64,000 nt of DNA from positions 44,146,001 through 44,210,000 of the forward strand of contig OZ076413.1 of NCBI GenBank assembly GCA_964187785.1, given 5' to 3'. The stretch is from Amphiscolops sp. MND2022. Taxonomy: Eukaryota. This document shows, piece after piece, positions 50,361 to 64,000 of this stretch. A program made the position numbers and the translations under genes. The notes under the pieces are model-generated. The model saw only the letters and a program-made list of their open reading frames with translations. It was not told the DNA's origin and did no database searches. Every line of letters begins with the position of its first letter. The stretch's first letter is position 1.

Positions 50361-53300
50361 TACAGAAAACAAATGTAAAAAAAATCAAAAAATGGACCAT
50401 TACATTCGGATGTATTGTTCTATAACCAGTATTTTGGCAACCTGACAAAGATACAAAGTTTGAAACATGCTTTTGATCATTTCAATTTTTCATTTGGAAT
50501 TCAAGTTGTTTAAATTGTTTGAAAAACCGCTTTAACTTCAAAAAGATTGTGAAGTAAAGATTTATAGAGATTATCATTGCTTTACAGGAAAAAACATCAG
50601 ATGTATAAAATTGCGTTGCAGAGAATTAGTCTCATTCAAAGAACAATCGAAAGTTGTATCAGTTGATTATGGGCAGTTGAAAAAATTATGGATGGAAAGT
50701 TTTGCTCGGGGCTTCTTTAAATGACCAGATAACTTCAAACGGTGATATTTTTTCTTTTTTTATCGGATGCATCGATTTGCACTTTAACGGGTCAAGTTTG
50801 GCCTGGTTTAATATTGAATTGCATGATAAATTAGTTCAAAAGGCGGAGAGGTGAAAAAAGATTGCACAAAATCCTGAAAAAAAACTTGCAAGTTGCATGC
50901 AGAGAATTATAACAAACAGCACAAAAGCTATAAATTATTCAGACCTTCTTATTCAAATTTGTCCAAAAATGATATTTTGAATGATAATATCATTTGTTTT
51001 CAATGCAAAGGGGTTGAAAGTTTGATCTAGAATCCAATTTTAATATAGGTTGTGAGACGAAAAGACAAAAAAAGTCTGTTCTGAGAAATTTATTTGCCGG
51101 CTTTGTTTTCAATTCAATTCTTGACCGTTCTGCAAGTTTTGTTGACGGGATGTGAAAGCTCTATGCAATACACGACCGCCGTCAATCAACCGCCATGGTT
51201 GCGTGATTTTCAGCCCTTTTTGAATTTTGAGATTATTCATCTGATAGGTCCAGTTTTCTGTCAGAAAATAAGCTCTTTTCTACCACCTGTATCAAAATTA
51301 GCTTCGATTTGGATAGATTACGCATTATCGATGTGCGATGAGGATTTTTGAAATATTGATCAAGAAAGCATTAGTTCTGGAAAGTTGAAAAATGTGGGAA
51401 ACTCTTTGGGCTGAAAAGTAGGTGTTGAGAAAGGAGAGACAGGAAGCTGGATGTCAGTCAAAATTTAATGAATATTCAGATGGATTCTCCCAAATACGCA
51501 GTTAAGATGGAAGTAGATGCAATCAGAACTGCACGTAGGGCCCGATAACCCACACGTCTGCCTAGAAAGCCGATTATGCAAATTTTCAGGAAACTTTCAC
51601 CCCGGCTGTCAATCAAGAACTGCCGGCCGCTATCTCAACCTGAGTTCTATCAAATTACGTCAACATTTCACGCCCCGAAATAGAAAGGCAAATGAAAATG
51701 TGTCGTTTAATCTGGGTTAGGGGCGACCAAACAGGTTCTAATCAGCTGAGGGTGCCCAGAAATGGTGCGAGAATGAGATAAGGAAATTAGGGTGAGATTG
51801 AGCAGGGTATAGGGAGTGCCATGTTTAGACTATTCACGCCTTGAAGGCCGGGTGAAGCCAGATTTATTTATAGATAAAGCAACTCCAATCAAACATTCAA
51901 TTCAATTCACAGTCTGTATTCCATGTACAGTGCAGTAACATCGATATCTGCATAAAGCCTCGAAGGAATAGACTGCAGCAAATCATTACTTAGTTACTGA
52001 AAATATGATGGACTTCTACTGTGTAAAAAGAAAGTTCAGGATAGGTCAGTAAGTACACTGGAAAATAAATCAATATGGGCCTTCAAGTTTTTAGACTTCC
52101 TTTACCTTGGTCTATCACTGTAACGTTTACACCATTTACTTGAAAAAAAAACAGTAGTCAGTATTAATCAAAACAGAAATGATATTCATGTTTTTTTCTG
52201 ACTCAAACGTTTAACAAATTTTCTATCGCTTTTCTTTCTAATTTTTTGGAATTGTTTCAATGCTACGTGCTTGTTAATAATTCAGGCTAACTAAGCAAGC
52301 CAGGTATTCATGGTTTCTGAAGAAATTTCCCAGTGAAAAATGACGATCAGGTTCTATCAGTATTGATGGAAACGTGAGAATTTGCGACTTGATATTATAC
52401 AAAAGAATAGTGATTTCACCATGTCAAAAAAACATGAAATGGAGACGGCTGGTCTTCACATTACAGATATGAAGGGATCTATTTATCTGAATACTGAACG
52501 TGAACTCTACCCATTGATCACGTGTTTCGTTTGCCTCTTGAAACATGTAAAAGGAAATGAGAAATATTAAGTGCCTGCTGTGAAAATCTGCGGCTGAAAT
52601 TTATCCTATCAATATTTAACACATACAGAGGTTTTGAATAATTGAGAATTCCCGTTCTTGGCTCTTCATTGGTGCTCAAAGAAGACAAAAACATTTTCCG
52701 ATGTTTCAACAAAGTTTAAGAGTGTTTTGAGAAGGATTATCGTTTGGTGAAAAACTCATGAAAAATGCATGGAATGTGTATTTCGTTGAATATTAAAAAT
52801 TCATACGTAGCAGAAGTCTTTGTAACGTTAAAAGTGTATTAAGTAAAGAAGGCATAAAAATATAAATCTAAAATTAGAACTTTGGCATAATGGAGATCAG
52901 AATTCCGTGGCATCCAATTTGAAAAAAAATGGAGAATTGCAAAAACTAAAATGTGGAAAATCAACACGCATTCAAAACTGACAAAACATTTTGGAACGCA
53001 AATATTGAAACTTGTCATTACTGTAGTGGCACTTAGAACCCAGTGTTAGAAAAAGGCTTGATATTTCTCAGTTTTTTCTATGTTACTAAGCAAATTTTCA
53101 ATGGTTTGATAAAACTTTCAAGGCGATCTAGGTGTACCTTTCAAGTTTGAAATTTTCTTGCTGCATCATGCTTTTTGAGCAATCTGCAAAGAAATTCCAT
53201 CCCAAAATCGACACAATTTTGAAATGACTCAGTCTTGCATACTTTAAAATGCTAAAAGTTCATTTTCATATGCAGTGAACATCTTCAATTTGGCGTCACC

Positions 53301-55832
53301 TATAGCATTCTATTTGTCTAGCAATGATCATATTAGTGGATTGTTCGAAAGAGTTGGTTACTTTTTTTATTCTTTTTGACACCACTTTTTGGCAACATCT
53401 ACTTGAAACAAGATTGAAGCGGTTAAGGTGGATTTCTATGACCGGTGACGAGGCCTGTGAAACCGGAGTGTGGGGGTTCGAGTCTAGTTTTAGACCAAAA
53501 CGCTTTAATGTTTGCAAACGTAGTTGCGAGAACAAAGGGCCCCTTTTTTCGGCACTGTGTGGCTTTTCTTCTACTTCATCAACAAAAAAATGTTTTGGGA
53601 GCATATACGGCCACTTAGGGTTTTTTGTCACTGTGCGACTTATCGAAAACTTTTCAGAAAAAATCTTAGACAAACTTTGTTTTTTTTTCCTAAGATTTTT
53701 GTTGAGAAAACCACACGGATGAGAGTTTTTTCAAAAATTGTACTTGAGCTTGTGGAGAAAACTTCTAACCAACTTTTCTCTAGAGGACCGCTGCTTCGGT
53801 TTTTTGGTGTTTTCATAGGAAAAAAATCGATTCTTCGAAGCCTAAAGTGTTACAATTTTTGGTATATTTGCAGTCTCTAATTTTTCTCTTTTTTTCTGGT
53901 AATCTCAGTCGAGAAAAAGACAGTTTACTCTGAACAGTCTCCCGTTGAGATGATTTCGCCCTTCTACTACTTGTTTAAAACTGTTTCTCACCACATAGTT
54001 CCCCAAGCATGGGAGTTCACAACATACTCGTACAGAGTTTCTGTAATTTATCAATGTGAAGAATCAAAACACCTATTTCGGATAGAAATTATTTGAAGGA
54101 AGCAAGCGCTATATCAGAAGTAATTAGGTTATTCTTGATTTATTTTGTCTCGAAATGAGTAAATTGAAAAACGAATCTATTCGTTCAATGGCGTTTGCTT
54201 GTTTTAATTTCTAACAGTATTAACGAGGTTTTGTGACAATTGTAAATAACGTTAAAAATGTAGTTGATCCAAATCAAGATTTTCTCCAAATTCGGTCATG
54301 TGAAAGGTGAAACGATACTGATTCCTAAAGAGACTTTTTGAGTCTTCTCGCAATGAATACATGGGAGTTGGTTTTCAGATCAGCAGAGGCAAATAAACAG
54401 ACACAATTCTATTGCCATTTCGTTTTTGAACAAGTTTTGTAAGTGTCAAGTTTTTCAATCAAAAAGCCTCAAGACATTAGATTGGGTTCTACTATCAAGT
54501 TGTGACGAAATCTGTGAGAATATTGATAGAATGTTTCAAAATGGCCTTCACATCAACGAAATTGCTCTTTGCAATTAGAAAAAAACCGCAAAAGGTGATA
54601 TCAGCTTCAAAGTTTTGGAGTCTTTTCCAGAAACGCCACGGACTAACCATCAAATCATCTTCCTTGGATTAGAAGTCAAACTTCTAATGAAAACAGTACA
54701 GACCAAGAACGCCAAAGTTGGCGCCCCGCGTTATGCTCAAAAGAGTTAATTTTTTTATTCATTCAAAAGGACATTATTTTTTAAAATTTATTAATTTTAC
54801 AGTGCCGTAAAAAACCCGAAGGGATAGGCAAAAGACTCGAAAACTTCTTTTTCACCGGAAGGAAACAACAAAAAACACATTTTCTAAACCAAAATTTCTT
54901 TCAGCAAAAATCTCATTGTTGGCGGCCAGAGATTCAGAAGTCTAACTTGATCATATTAACTAGTTGAAATCTTGAGTTCCAATGCACTCAAAACTCAAAG
55001 CGTAATTCACTAACCTGTGCTGCTATGAATATGTGAACTCAATTGATCAATTTGATCCTGGCACTTAACGTTTTTTCAAAGTTCATTGTACATTGATTCG
55101 TTTCGAACAGTGGCGGATTTGAGTCAAATGTAATCTATTCAACCTATCGCTCAAATTGCTGTTCAAATTGCAGTTTCATTCATTGATTTACCCCATTATG
55201 GAAATTTTGGAAAAAAATTCCCAACCGCATGTGTGATAAGTCCAAAAACGTGATGGAAAAACTGATCTTATGCCATTTTGTTATTTAAACATCCTGTGAT
55301 TTTAAGGTTATTAGATGCAAATCTCCTGAGTAGAGTATGAATTTGACAAATTTTGATATCATATTCAAAACGCTAATGAAAATTTTCTTGGACCTTGAAA
55401 GTGTTTAACAGCTGTTGATTAGCTACTCCGGTTCCGGTTTAAACAGGCTGTGACTGCGAGGATAGCATTGCACTGCTCAACGAACAAAAAAACAAACGAT
55501 CAGCTATTTTAGGAGTCTAAATCGATGTAAAAAGTTCTCTTGAAATAGCAATATTAGGTGTCGTAGGTCTAAGATCTCGGAAAGCATTCTATAATTGCTC
55601 ATCGTAATAGTGTGAGATTGAAAGCTCATCGTAAGAGCTACAGAAGTCAAACGAACAACCCTCTTTGGAGGCTTTGGTGGAAGTATATTGTCAAGGACGG
55701 TAAGTTGCAGTGTTTGGGTGTACAACCTCCGGTCAACAAGTGGCAAGTTAGATTTCCAGTCAAAAGACGGATTGGGATCGAAGTATTGCTCAGCCCAAAG
55801 AGTCTGGAGTTGAGGAACACGAAGCAGCTAGC

Positions 55833-55958
55833 GGCTGAGAACTCATTAAACAGATACAGTCCTTTTGAAAGTTTGTTCCTGCTTTTGTGGGAAACAGATA
55901 CAGGCTGAGAACTCATTAAACAGAAACAGTCCTTTTGAATGTTTGTTCCTGCTTTTGT
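55833..55958 (+). repeat. 56-bp tandem duplication with a 14-bp junction insert
   Basis: 55833-55888 and 55903-55958 differ at two positions. Confidence 0.9.
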
Positions 55959-56581
55959 CGGTTGGTGTTTGAAACGAACTATGAGCTATAGATCGTCCGG
56001 TCACACTCCTTGTTGAATCCACAAAAAACAGGCAAATTATTGTTCAAAGCTAAATCAGCTTTCAGTGTTGAAGGCTAAATTAGTTAGAGTTCCTTCGAAG
56101 GTTACTGCTTTTATTTTCTACTAGTAACCTACGGGCCTTTTAATATGCGGGGCTAGAAACTAGCGCTCTATTTCTGCTTGAATTATCACCAGTTTTTTTA
56201 ATCAATGAAGTTTGATGATCAATCAACCGGAATTTGTTATTGAGGATCGATGGAATTCTGTAATGAAAAAAGGGCCAAAATTGTGTGAAATGATTTTTTT
56301 GTTTGGCGTTTGGCCGTTCATTAACAATTTTTTGAAATCAACATTCGAATGTTTTCGTCAGCGAGAATACACACAGTGTTCGAGCCACAAAACAATCAGT
56401 TCTTCATCATTCTGCGGGGAAATCTGAAAGTTTTTCAAAGAAAGTGCGTGAAAGTGTAAAGAAAGTCCGAAACGTCTAAAAGTTTTTTATTTTTTTGAAC
56501 TTTCGTGAAAGTTTCGAGCGTAGTGGATCAGTGCGTGACTGGAAAGCCAATGTGCGTAGGCTTGAATCTCAGCTTGTGCAG

Positions 56582-57082
56582 TTTTTAGTCGGCGCATTTT
56601 ATTAGAAAATGAGCGCGACTAAAACAGAAGCAAGTTTTTTTGGCAGATAACAGAATGTATGCGTACTGGACACTTTTACAGAATTACTAAACAACTGGAC
56701 AAGCAAGCGAAATGCATCTAAAATAGTGCAAAGGGTCCCTTTTTCATTTATTCGATTTTCAACGTAAGATAAAAAACTGGACGAGACTATAGGGTCCCCG
56801 CTTTAATTTTTTTGCGGCACTGTGTGACTTTTTTGAAGTTTTTTGTCTCCAAAGAGTCCCCCTTTCGCTTGTTTTGAACTTCCCTTCGTAATATCCAGAG
56901 TAAAGCGCTATATCCGAACTTTTGACGCTCTGTCCGAACTATATTGCGTTTTAGTAAGGAAGAGGCTGGGTTTTGAAAACGGGAAAACTGGAGTTTCTCA
57001 TGAAAACGTCCTACGCATATTTTAAAAACTGCGCTTTTTGAGCCTTAGATATAGCGCCGACTTCAGACTTTCCTGTCTCTTT
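56582..57082 (+). mobile_element. Helentron/DINE-1-like element, copy D
   Basis: TTTTTAGTCGGCGC..GAGCGCGACT start; GATATAGCGCCGACT plus AGAC..GTCT hairpin end. Confidence 0.65.
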
Positions 57083-58024
57083 TTTTAACTATCGCATAAG
57101 TAGACAAAACCAAATAGCCAAACTTTTCTGAACCATTTGGGTTATCTTCTATTTTTGAAACTAGTCTTTCTGAGATTTACAGTTCAGGAAAACGTTTTTC
57201 TTTCGGGTCTCGAGGGTACTACTTCAGGAAATTGTTGTCACTGTAGGAGAATTGAAATGTTTCACACAAGTTGTCCCTCATTACGATACATTTGCCGCGA
57301 AAGTGGAGTTTATCATCAAGTGTGTTTTTTTGGTAAAACGAGAGCAAACCGTATTCTAGTGAAACAGCGCAGTGTGTTCATTGCACATTTTGATGCACAG
57401 TGTAATCAAAAATTGCGGATTGTGATCATTGAGCGTAATTAGAGAAAAGTGGAAACCAGTCAAAAATTTTCAACCTGAAATCGGTTAAATTCCATTTCGT
57501 GAATAAAGTGTAAATTAGTCAATCTTCGACTAGTATTCAATTTTTGAGTACTTAGAAATTTCATTCAATACAAACGAGGAAAGCAGTAAAAGTTTGACTA
57601 CTTTACACCAAGTAAACAATACATCCGATTGCTTCACTATTTCTTGAAAATGCTTCACATTGTAATTGCAGTCGTGATTTAGTTTGACTGTTTTACAATA
57701 TTTGATTTGACTTGTTTACACTTATTCAAGGCTTGAATATTTCAAAGATCTCGCGTTTTTAAAGCTGAGTGGTGTTTTGACTTGGGCTGTTCCCGACTTG
57801 TTATTGTCTTCAAGTTTTCACTGTGTCAACAAGTCAGTATGCAACACGGCTCCCTTTGGTTATTGCACAGTCTTAAAAATCACAATGCAATAAGCGTCCA
57901 ATTTGTACCTTTGTGTTTTAGTGAAAAAGTTCCACTTGTGTTTTTTGACGATTTGAGTTTTGAGAAATTTTTAGAAAGCACAGCGTGAGCACATTTCCAA
58001 GGATTAGAGTTTAGAAAGCAGGTT

Positions 58025-58455
58025 CCCAGGCTTTCCATTCATGATTCATCCATGATTCTTGGGTTTGCCATGCCGAGAATCATTCCATGATCATGGAAAG
58101 ATATCCACCATTCGAGGATGATCATGAATGAAAAGCCATGATGCCACGGATGATCATGGATGAGTACGCATAAGAAGGACCTAATTTTCATTTGTTTTGG
58201 TAAAAGTGATGCCCTTAAACACCACTAAAATCGAGATATATTCATTTGAAATTAGTGGTTCCACGTCTAAAAAAAGACAAGGTCAGTTCGTACCAAACTT
58301 TGTTTTATATAGTTAAAACGTCATGAACCTGATGCAACAAGTTGAAATGTAATAAAAATCACCACGGATGATTAGCCATGATTCCAATGTAATGCCAACA
58401 AAAAGCCATTATCGTGGAAGAAAAGCAGAGAACGAGCCATAGTAGCCAACCTGGG
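58025..58455. mobile_element. CCC-ended non-autonomous DNA transposon
   Basis: CCCAGG...CCTGGG termini, 2-bp TSD TT, subterminal CCATGAT repeats. Confidence 0.55.
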
Positions 58456-59959
58456 TTAAAAGACAGCGGGTGGGATCTTGCCAGCATTCCGCAAATTTCT
58501 TGTTTCTAATTCTGGGTACTTTTTGTGCAGAATTCATGGTTCACTAGCAAAACTGAAGATAGAGGTCCAACAATTAAATACCAAAAAACTCCAGAATTTC
58601 CAGCACTTGATTTGGTCACAGCTCAAATATGGCTCTGGTTCTCTATTTCAGATTTTTCTTCTTTTCTTTCAACGTGTTGGAATATTCCGTTTCACAAAAC
58701 GAGTTCTCCTTTTGTCAACCATTCTGTAATTTTACAAAAGATCTCTGCAAGCTTTATTAATAATTTACCAGAGACGCATTTTTACTTCCTTTCAATTTTT
58801 CCAGCAGTGACCACGCCCCCGTTTTTTATCTGACAAAAGCATTTGTTCGAAAACAAATTTGTAGTTCAGAGCTCCTCTGTTCTGTAACTAAAAGTAACGG
58901 CAACTGCATCGTTCGAATTCATCTCACAATCAAATTAAATATAATTTCCATTCTGCGGTCGAAAAGTATCAAATCAACCTGAACGCTTGTACTTCTTTTT
59001 ATACTTTGTTCTTCAGTAGGTTTTCTACTAGGCAGCATGACACTGTATGCAAAGCCATAGCCGGTTTTTATGGTAATAATTGGGTAGTATAATCCGAAGT
59101 ATTATAATTAGAATCTGCAACTTAGTCACGCCGTGAAAAGTGTCATTTAAATTATGTATCAAAATACCATAATTTTCTTGTCAAAATTGACATTTCAAGA
59201 ATACAAGTATTATTGATATGCAGTAACTCTAGTAATAATAGCAGTAACTTATAATAATGAATATTCTAGAATACGTAAAAGTGCGCTAATCAGTCAATGA
59301 CCTAATATAAGACACTGTGAATGTTGAAGTGAAAAAAGTTTTTTCTTCAGAGAGCAATTTTCGAGTGATTTTGTGATTTTGACAGGCATAACTTTAGACC
59401 ACTCCAGACAATACACAATTTCAAAGTTTTGGACTATTCTTTCAATCGTGCCAGAAATTTCTGGAGAAGTAAAAGGGTTTTTGTGGTTGGGGGCGTATAC
59501 GAAAAAACGTCTACTGGGGATTAGGAAACATGGTTTATGGAAACATTATTTAAACGACTTATTTAATTATATATCAAGATAAAAATGCTCTTCACGAGAT
59601 ATCACAATTTAGGGTAAACTACCTGGAGATATTCATGAACCTTGGTCTGGGACTTTTTTCAAATGATTTGTAAGTTGCAGCAACTTTTTTCAACGCGCAG
59701 TGAAATGCTGACAGGATTTTCCAAGCTGCAGCCGAATTTTGCAAGATTTTCCCTGCGCGCAGTCTGAATTTTCTATGTTCTATGAAAATTACCCTGCGTG
59801 CATGCCTACAACATTTAAGAAATTTTTTGACTATGGTAGTTTGAGACATTGTCGTATTTTCATAGTTTGAGAAATTTCATATTTTCGATCAACAGTTAGT
59901 GTTAATCATTTTTATAAAATTTTGAAAATTAAATGTTGATTCTAAAATTTCTAACTGAC

Positions 59960-60165
59960 CTCAGGAGCACAGTGAAGAACGATGAACCGCGTGAAAGCCT
60001 TGACAACGAAATGGATAGTGACGTTTCCGTAGAAAAAGTTCCTTTTATGGTCAATGAACACTGTGAGGTCATAATGGATAGGGAATGTGTCCTTGGGCAG
60101 ACGGGGCAGGTTCCAGGGGTCACTGGTGTCATTGGGTAACAGTTGGTTACTCGAGTAGCTCAAAT
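59960..60165 (-). CDS. M1 aminopeptidase-like gene, start of the N-terminal beta domain
   Basis: PWNLPRLPKDTFPIHYDLTV...FYGNVTIHF...IVLH matches the RLP-x3-P-x-HY-x-L start of M1 peptidases. Acceptor tacgcAG, donor GAG|GTCAGT (phase 0). Confidence 0.92.
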
Positions 60166-60555
60166 CTGCGTACCAGGCACGGTTGACGGCAAGTTTTTGA
60201 AAGAAAACAAGAAAATTCGTTCTTTTTAATAAAATCCTGTTTCACAAAAAAGATATCATATCGTTTAGGTATCTTCTAAGTTTTTTAGGTTGTACATAAT
60301 TTCTTAGAACATCTTCTAATAAGCGTTTTGATTTGGGAGGTTTTGAGCTGGATAATTTGAAAGAAAATCAGTGAAAACGCCCAGCTTCAACATTGTTTTT
60401 TTATATCATGATTTTTTTTCCAATAACATCATTTTTTCAAAAACAAATTCACATGTATTCACATTTGGATGATTCATTGTAACCATTTTACACGGCTATC
60501 GGAAGTGAAGAAAAATCTTCTGGAAACAAAGATTGTTGATGTCGAAGCTGCCAAC

Positions 60556-60897
60556 CTTGCTGGCCCGAATTAGAGTTTTTAGGGAGACATAAGAATTTGG
60601 AGTTGCAAGACTGGTCGGTGCTAAGGAGGTCAGTAAAACTGAACAAAACTATGCTGACACAGATGAATATGAGAATGCCGAGCATGAGGCAGATTAGTGT
60701 GATTACCCTGCACCTGCTGTAGGGGTTGCCATACCCCTGGTGACCCGGGTAGTTGTTCGGAGGCCTATCCAGGGTTATGAAGTATTCGTCTGTTGATGAT
60801 AATTTTGATTGGTCGGTTTTGTGACACGTGCCATTGGCTGGTTTCTTCACGATGTACTCATTGCTGTCAACCAATGAGATCTCTTCTCTCGATTTGC
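60556..60897 (-). CDS. M1 aminopeptidase-like gene, exon with type II signal-anchor helix
   Basis: Acceptor caattttcAG, phase 1. Encodes RCR-VITLICLMLGILIFICVSIVLFSF. Donor CAAG|GTTGGC was chosen because it gives the phase 1 the next exon needs; this boundary is less certain. Confidence 0.8.
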
Positions 60898-61195
60898 CTG
60901 AAAATTGAAACTTCCTATTCAAAATAGGACTGACTAAGTTTTGTATTCAAGTCTCCAGTAGTCAGTGATTCATTTTTCTGAAGTATTAATTTCACTTCTA
61001 TGAAAAACTCAAGTTAGACTTCAACTATTGGAATAAGAGAATAGAGGAAACATCAATATCATGCACATGTATTTTTTGGTCTATCTATTAAAGCAAACTG
61101 AACCCAACATGAAGGTTTCATACAAAATTAGTGAATTTGAGATACAAACAAACAAAAGTCTTGAATTATGGAAGGAAAACAGTTGTGAGCCTTAC

Positions 61196-61432
61196 CAGGA
61201 GGATTACCATTGGTCAGTTTCAAGTCCGAGTAGGTCTGTCTGAATATATGACTCCTTTCTAGCTGATGGTTATCGTGTGTGAGGGTTAGCTTCTTCTGAA
61301 GCTGGGGGCTGTACTGAATGCTGCTGGACCTCCTACCCGGGTGACCGTTTCCATGACCAGAGTGATTTAATGACGTCATCTGGAAGCTCTCATAATGTTC
61401 CATCCCAACTGGCATGGAAAATTGGTCACATT
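61196..61432 (-). CDS. M1 aminopeptidase-like gene, first visible exon (cytoplasmic N-terminus; candidate start ATG at 61415)
   Basis: Acceptor gtgtttgcAG, donor G|GTAAG (phase 1). Open frame MPVGMEHY...NGNPPG joins in phase to the next exon. Confidence 0.75.
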
Positions 61433-62149
61433 CTGCAAACACACAGCAAGAATACAAATGAAAAATTCAGACTAAAAAAGACGCAAATCATCGACCTTGT
61501 GTAGCTCTTGCCGATCTGTAGAGTAAATCATAGAACTCTTGCCTGATAAATGATTCATGTTGAGGTCTGGTCAAAAGCAGCATAATTTGTTTTTCGTGCT
61601 AAAAGTTGCCATTTCTCTACCATTTCAACCATTATTGCCTGTTTTTTAAAAAATATATATATCTTTAAACATAACGTTTATTGATTGAAAAATGTATCAT
61701 ACTTTGCAATCGCTCAAACGCTTTCAGAGATTAAAGTATGAGTAAAAGTACGAGTAAAATACTCTGATAGTTGTTAAAATTGAAATAGTTTCGATATGTG
61801 AATCTGATCTCTAGGTAAAGGAAAACCCCAAAAAATTCAAAAATTGAAGTAATTTGAAAACGGAAAAACTTTCCATATCGACAGTGATTTGAAAAACATG
61901 ATCATTACTACCCTACATTCCCTGATCATTCCGTTTAAAATTAATTTGCCCTTAAATTTCGCCATAAAATCTTGAGGTCACATTGGAATTTGATTACCGA
62001 AATCGTCACTGAAAATCGTCACTCAAAACTGACACAGTTACTGTTTGCGTATAAAGACACAAATTACTGCGTGCAAAATAACGGTATGCAACTATTGGAG
62101 ATTTCGGAACTTTTGACTTCCTTGTTCTCAAATCGATGAGTTTTATCCA

Positions 62150-63350
62150 ACTTTCTTTCCCTAATAACGTTTTGAATAGCCTATTCTTTCAACGTTCAGG
62201 TCAATGGAAGTTCTATTCTACAAAAATTTTCGTGAGATGAACAGAAACTGGTACTTAACTGTAGAAGAAAAACTTTTTTATCAGTATTTGGTTTTTGGAG
62301 TGTTGTTGAGGCCAATTCAAACACTAACACATACTTATCTCTTTAGAAACCCCTACTGGATACAGGATTTAGTCATTGTTTTTTAACAACGTTCCGCTAC
62401 AAATTTGCTCAGAAATTGCAGAAGAAGCTCTATGAAAACGTCGACAACTTGAAAATTTGAATATTTTTGAATATTTCGAATCCTTTTGAAGTAATTTTCT
62501 ACCATTGGAACGGCAACTTTCTCTTGTGTAAGGGCGCTGCGAACCAAGTTATACATTCTGGATGTTTTTGAAGCTTTTTTCTCAACAACGTTTCATAATT
62601 TCAAGCAAAAAAATCACGAAATGTATCAAAAACTGAAAATATTTCTTCAGTTTCGACTAAATTGGTGTCATCTCGAGACACGTTTTTTCCAAGACATTGT
62701 AAATTGCTTCCACAAAGCCCACCCGTTTGTTCGTTGTTGAACGTTTTTAATGATCTATCACACCAAACCTCTGGAACCTTTTACAAAATCAGCAACATAA
62801 AAACGTCAAAACCTACAATGTTTTGAATTCTCGACGGTAGTTTTGTTGTACCTTAACAACTACCAATTTTCCTATCAAAGGCGTAATTCCCGGCTAGTTG
62901 TTTTGTCGGGAGCTTTTTAAACCTTCTAACTTCACGAAAAAGCTTTAAAAGTGTCAAATATGATCTCTTTGACTTTTGCGGTCAATTTGAGGGATTTTCT
63001 GACATACGACAGTTGATATCTCTCCAATAACACTTTTTGGATAGCAATTCCAACATTCAGAGCACAAATTGTTCGCAAAATTCACAAGCATTTCATGAAA
63101 AACGTTGAAAAAAGATTAGCATTTCTCGATATTTCGTCTCATTTGGAGACATTTTGAAAGGATTTTGAAACAATACTGCAGTTTTCCTTATAAAACGGCG
63201 TTCTTTATGTAAAGGTCTTTCGTTTTTGAACACTTTGGAGCTTCTAATTCATGAAATCTCTCGGAAATTGTTCACAAATTACATGAAAAACCACAAAAAA
63301 ATATCGTGCAAATTTGGTCATTCTGGGGTATTTTCCTGGGGCTAAAACTC
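62150..63350 (-). repeat. Degenerate satellite related to 6450-8350, inverted
   Basis: TTGTTGAACGTTTTTAATGATCTATCACACCAA near 62737 resembles the reverse complement of the unit near 6810-6842. Boundaries approximate. Confidence 0.45.
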
Positions 63351-63437
63351 TTGTTTATATTCGGAACTGAAGCAAATTATTGGCCGCATAAGGTTATGGA
63401 GTTCTCCAAAAAGATTTGACAGTAAGACTGTCAAACA

Positions 63438-64000
<563 letters not shown>

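Larger units (their letters stand above)
10445..59959 (-). other. 49,515-bp phase-0 GT-AG intron
   Basis: Flanking exons join as IVLHCAPE|LTIRS with no obvious missing M1 segment. Confidence 0.8.

Noticed and set aside
55612..55908. 98-aa ORF as a LINE RT fragment
   Set aside because: Only a faint CLGV resemblance; not enough to call.

Overview
AT-rich, repeat-dense animal-type genomic DNA; the species cannot be determined from the window. One host gene is supported: a minus-strand type II membrane M1-family aminopeptidase-like gene. Five exons (61196-61432, 60556-60897, 59960-60165, 10170-10444, 1331-1637) join in frame through GT-AG introns, including one of 49.5 kb. The catalytic exons lie left of the window. 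The large intron is a stack of nested mobile DNA: two full-length, recently inserted, disabled Ty3/Gypsy (Mag-like) LTR retrotransposons; a gutted third LTR element holding a LINE fragment; five Mutator-like foldback MITEs; CCC-ended elements with 2-bp TSDs; Tc1 and MULE transposase relics; and a 538-bp spacerless palindrome. Helentron/DINE-like non-autonomous elements occur there and in the 8.5-kb intron. A degenerate ~185-bp satellite lies in the 8.5-kb intron and upstream of the first visible exon, and a >550-bp GA tract ends the window. Most notable: both retrotransposons carry WLDD instead of YxDD in RT and share an extra ~70-aa domain between RNase H and integrase, and the five dissimilar MITEs share one terminal motif at an identical offset. 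All calls are by eye; no searches were run.
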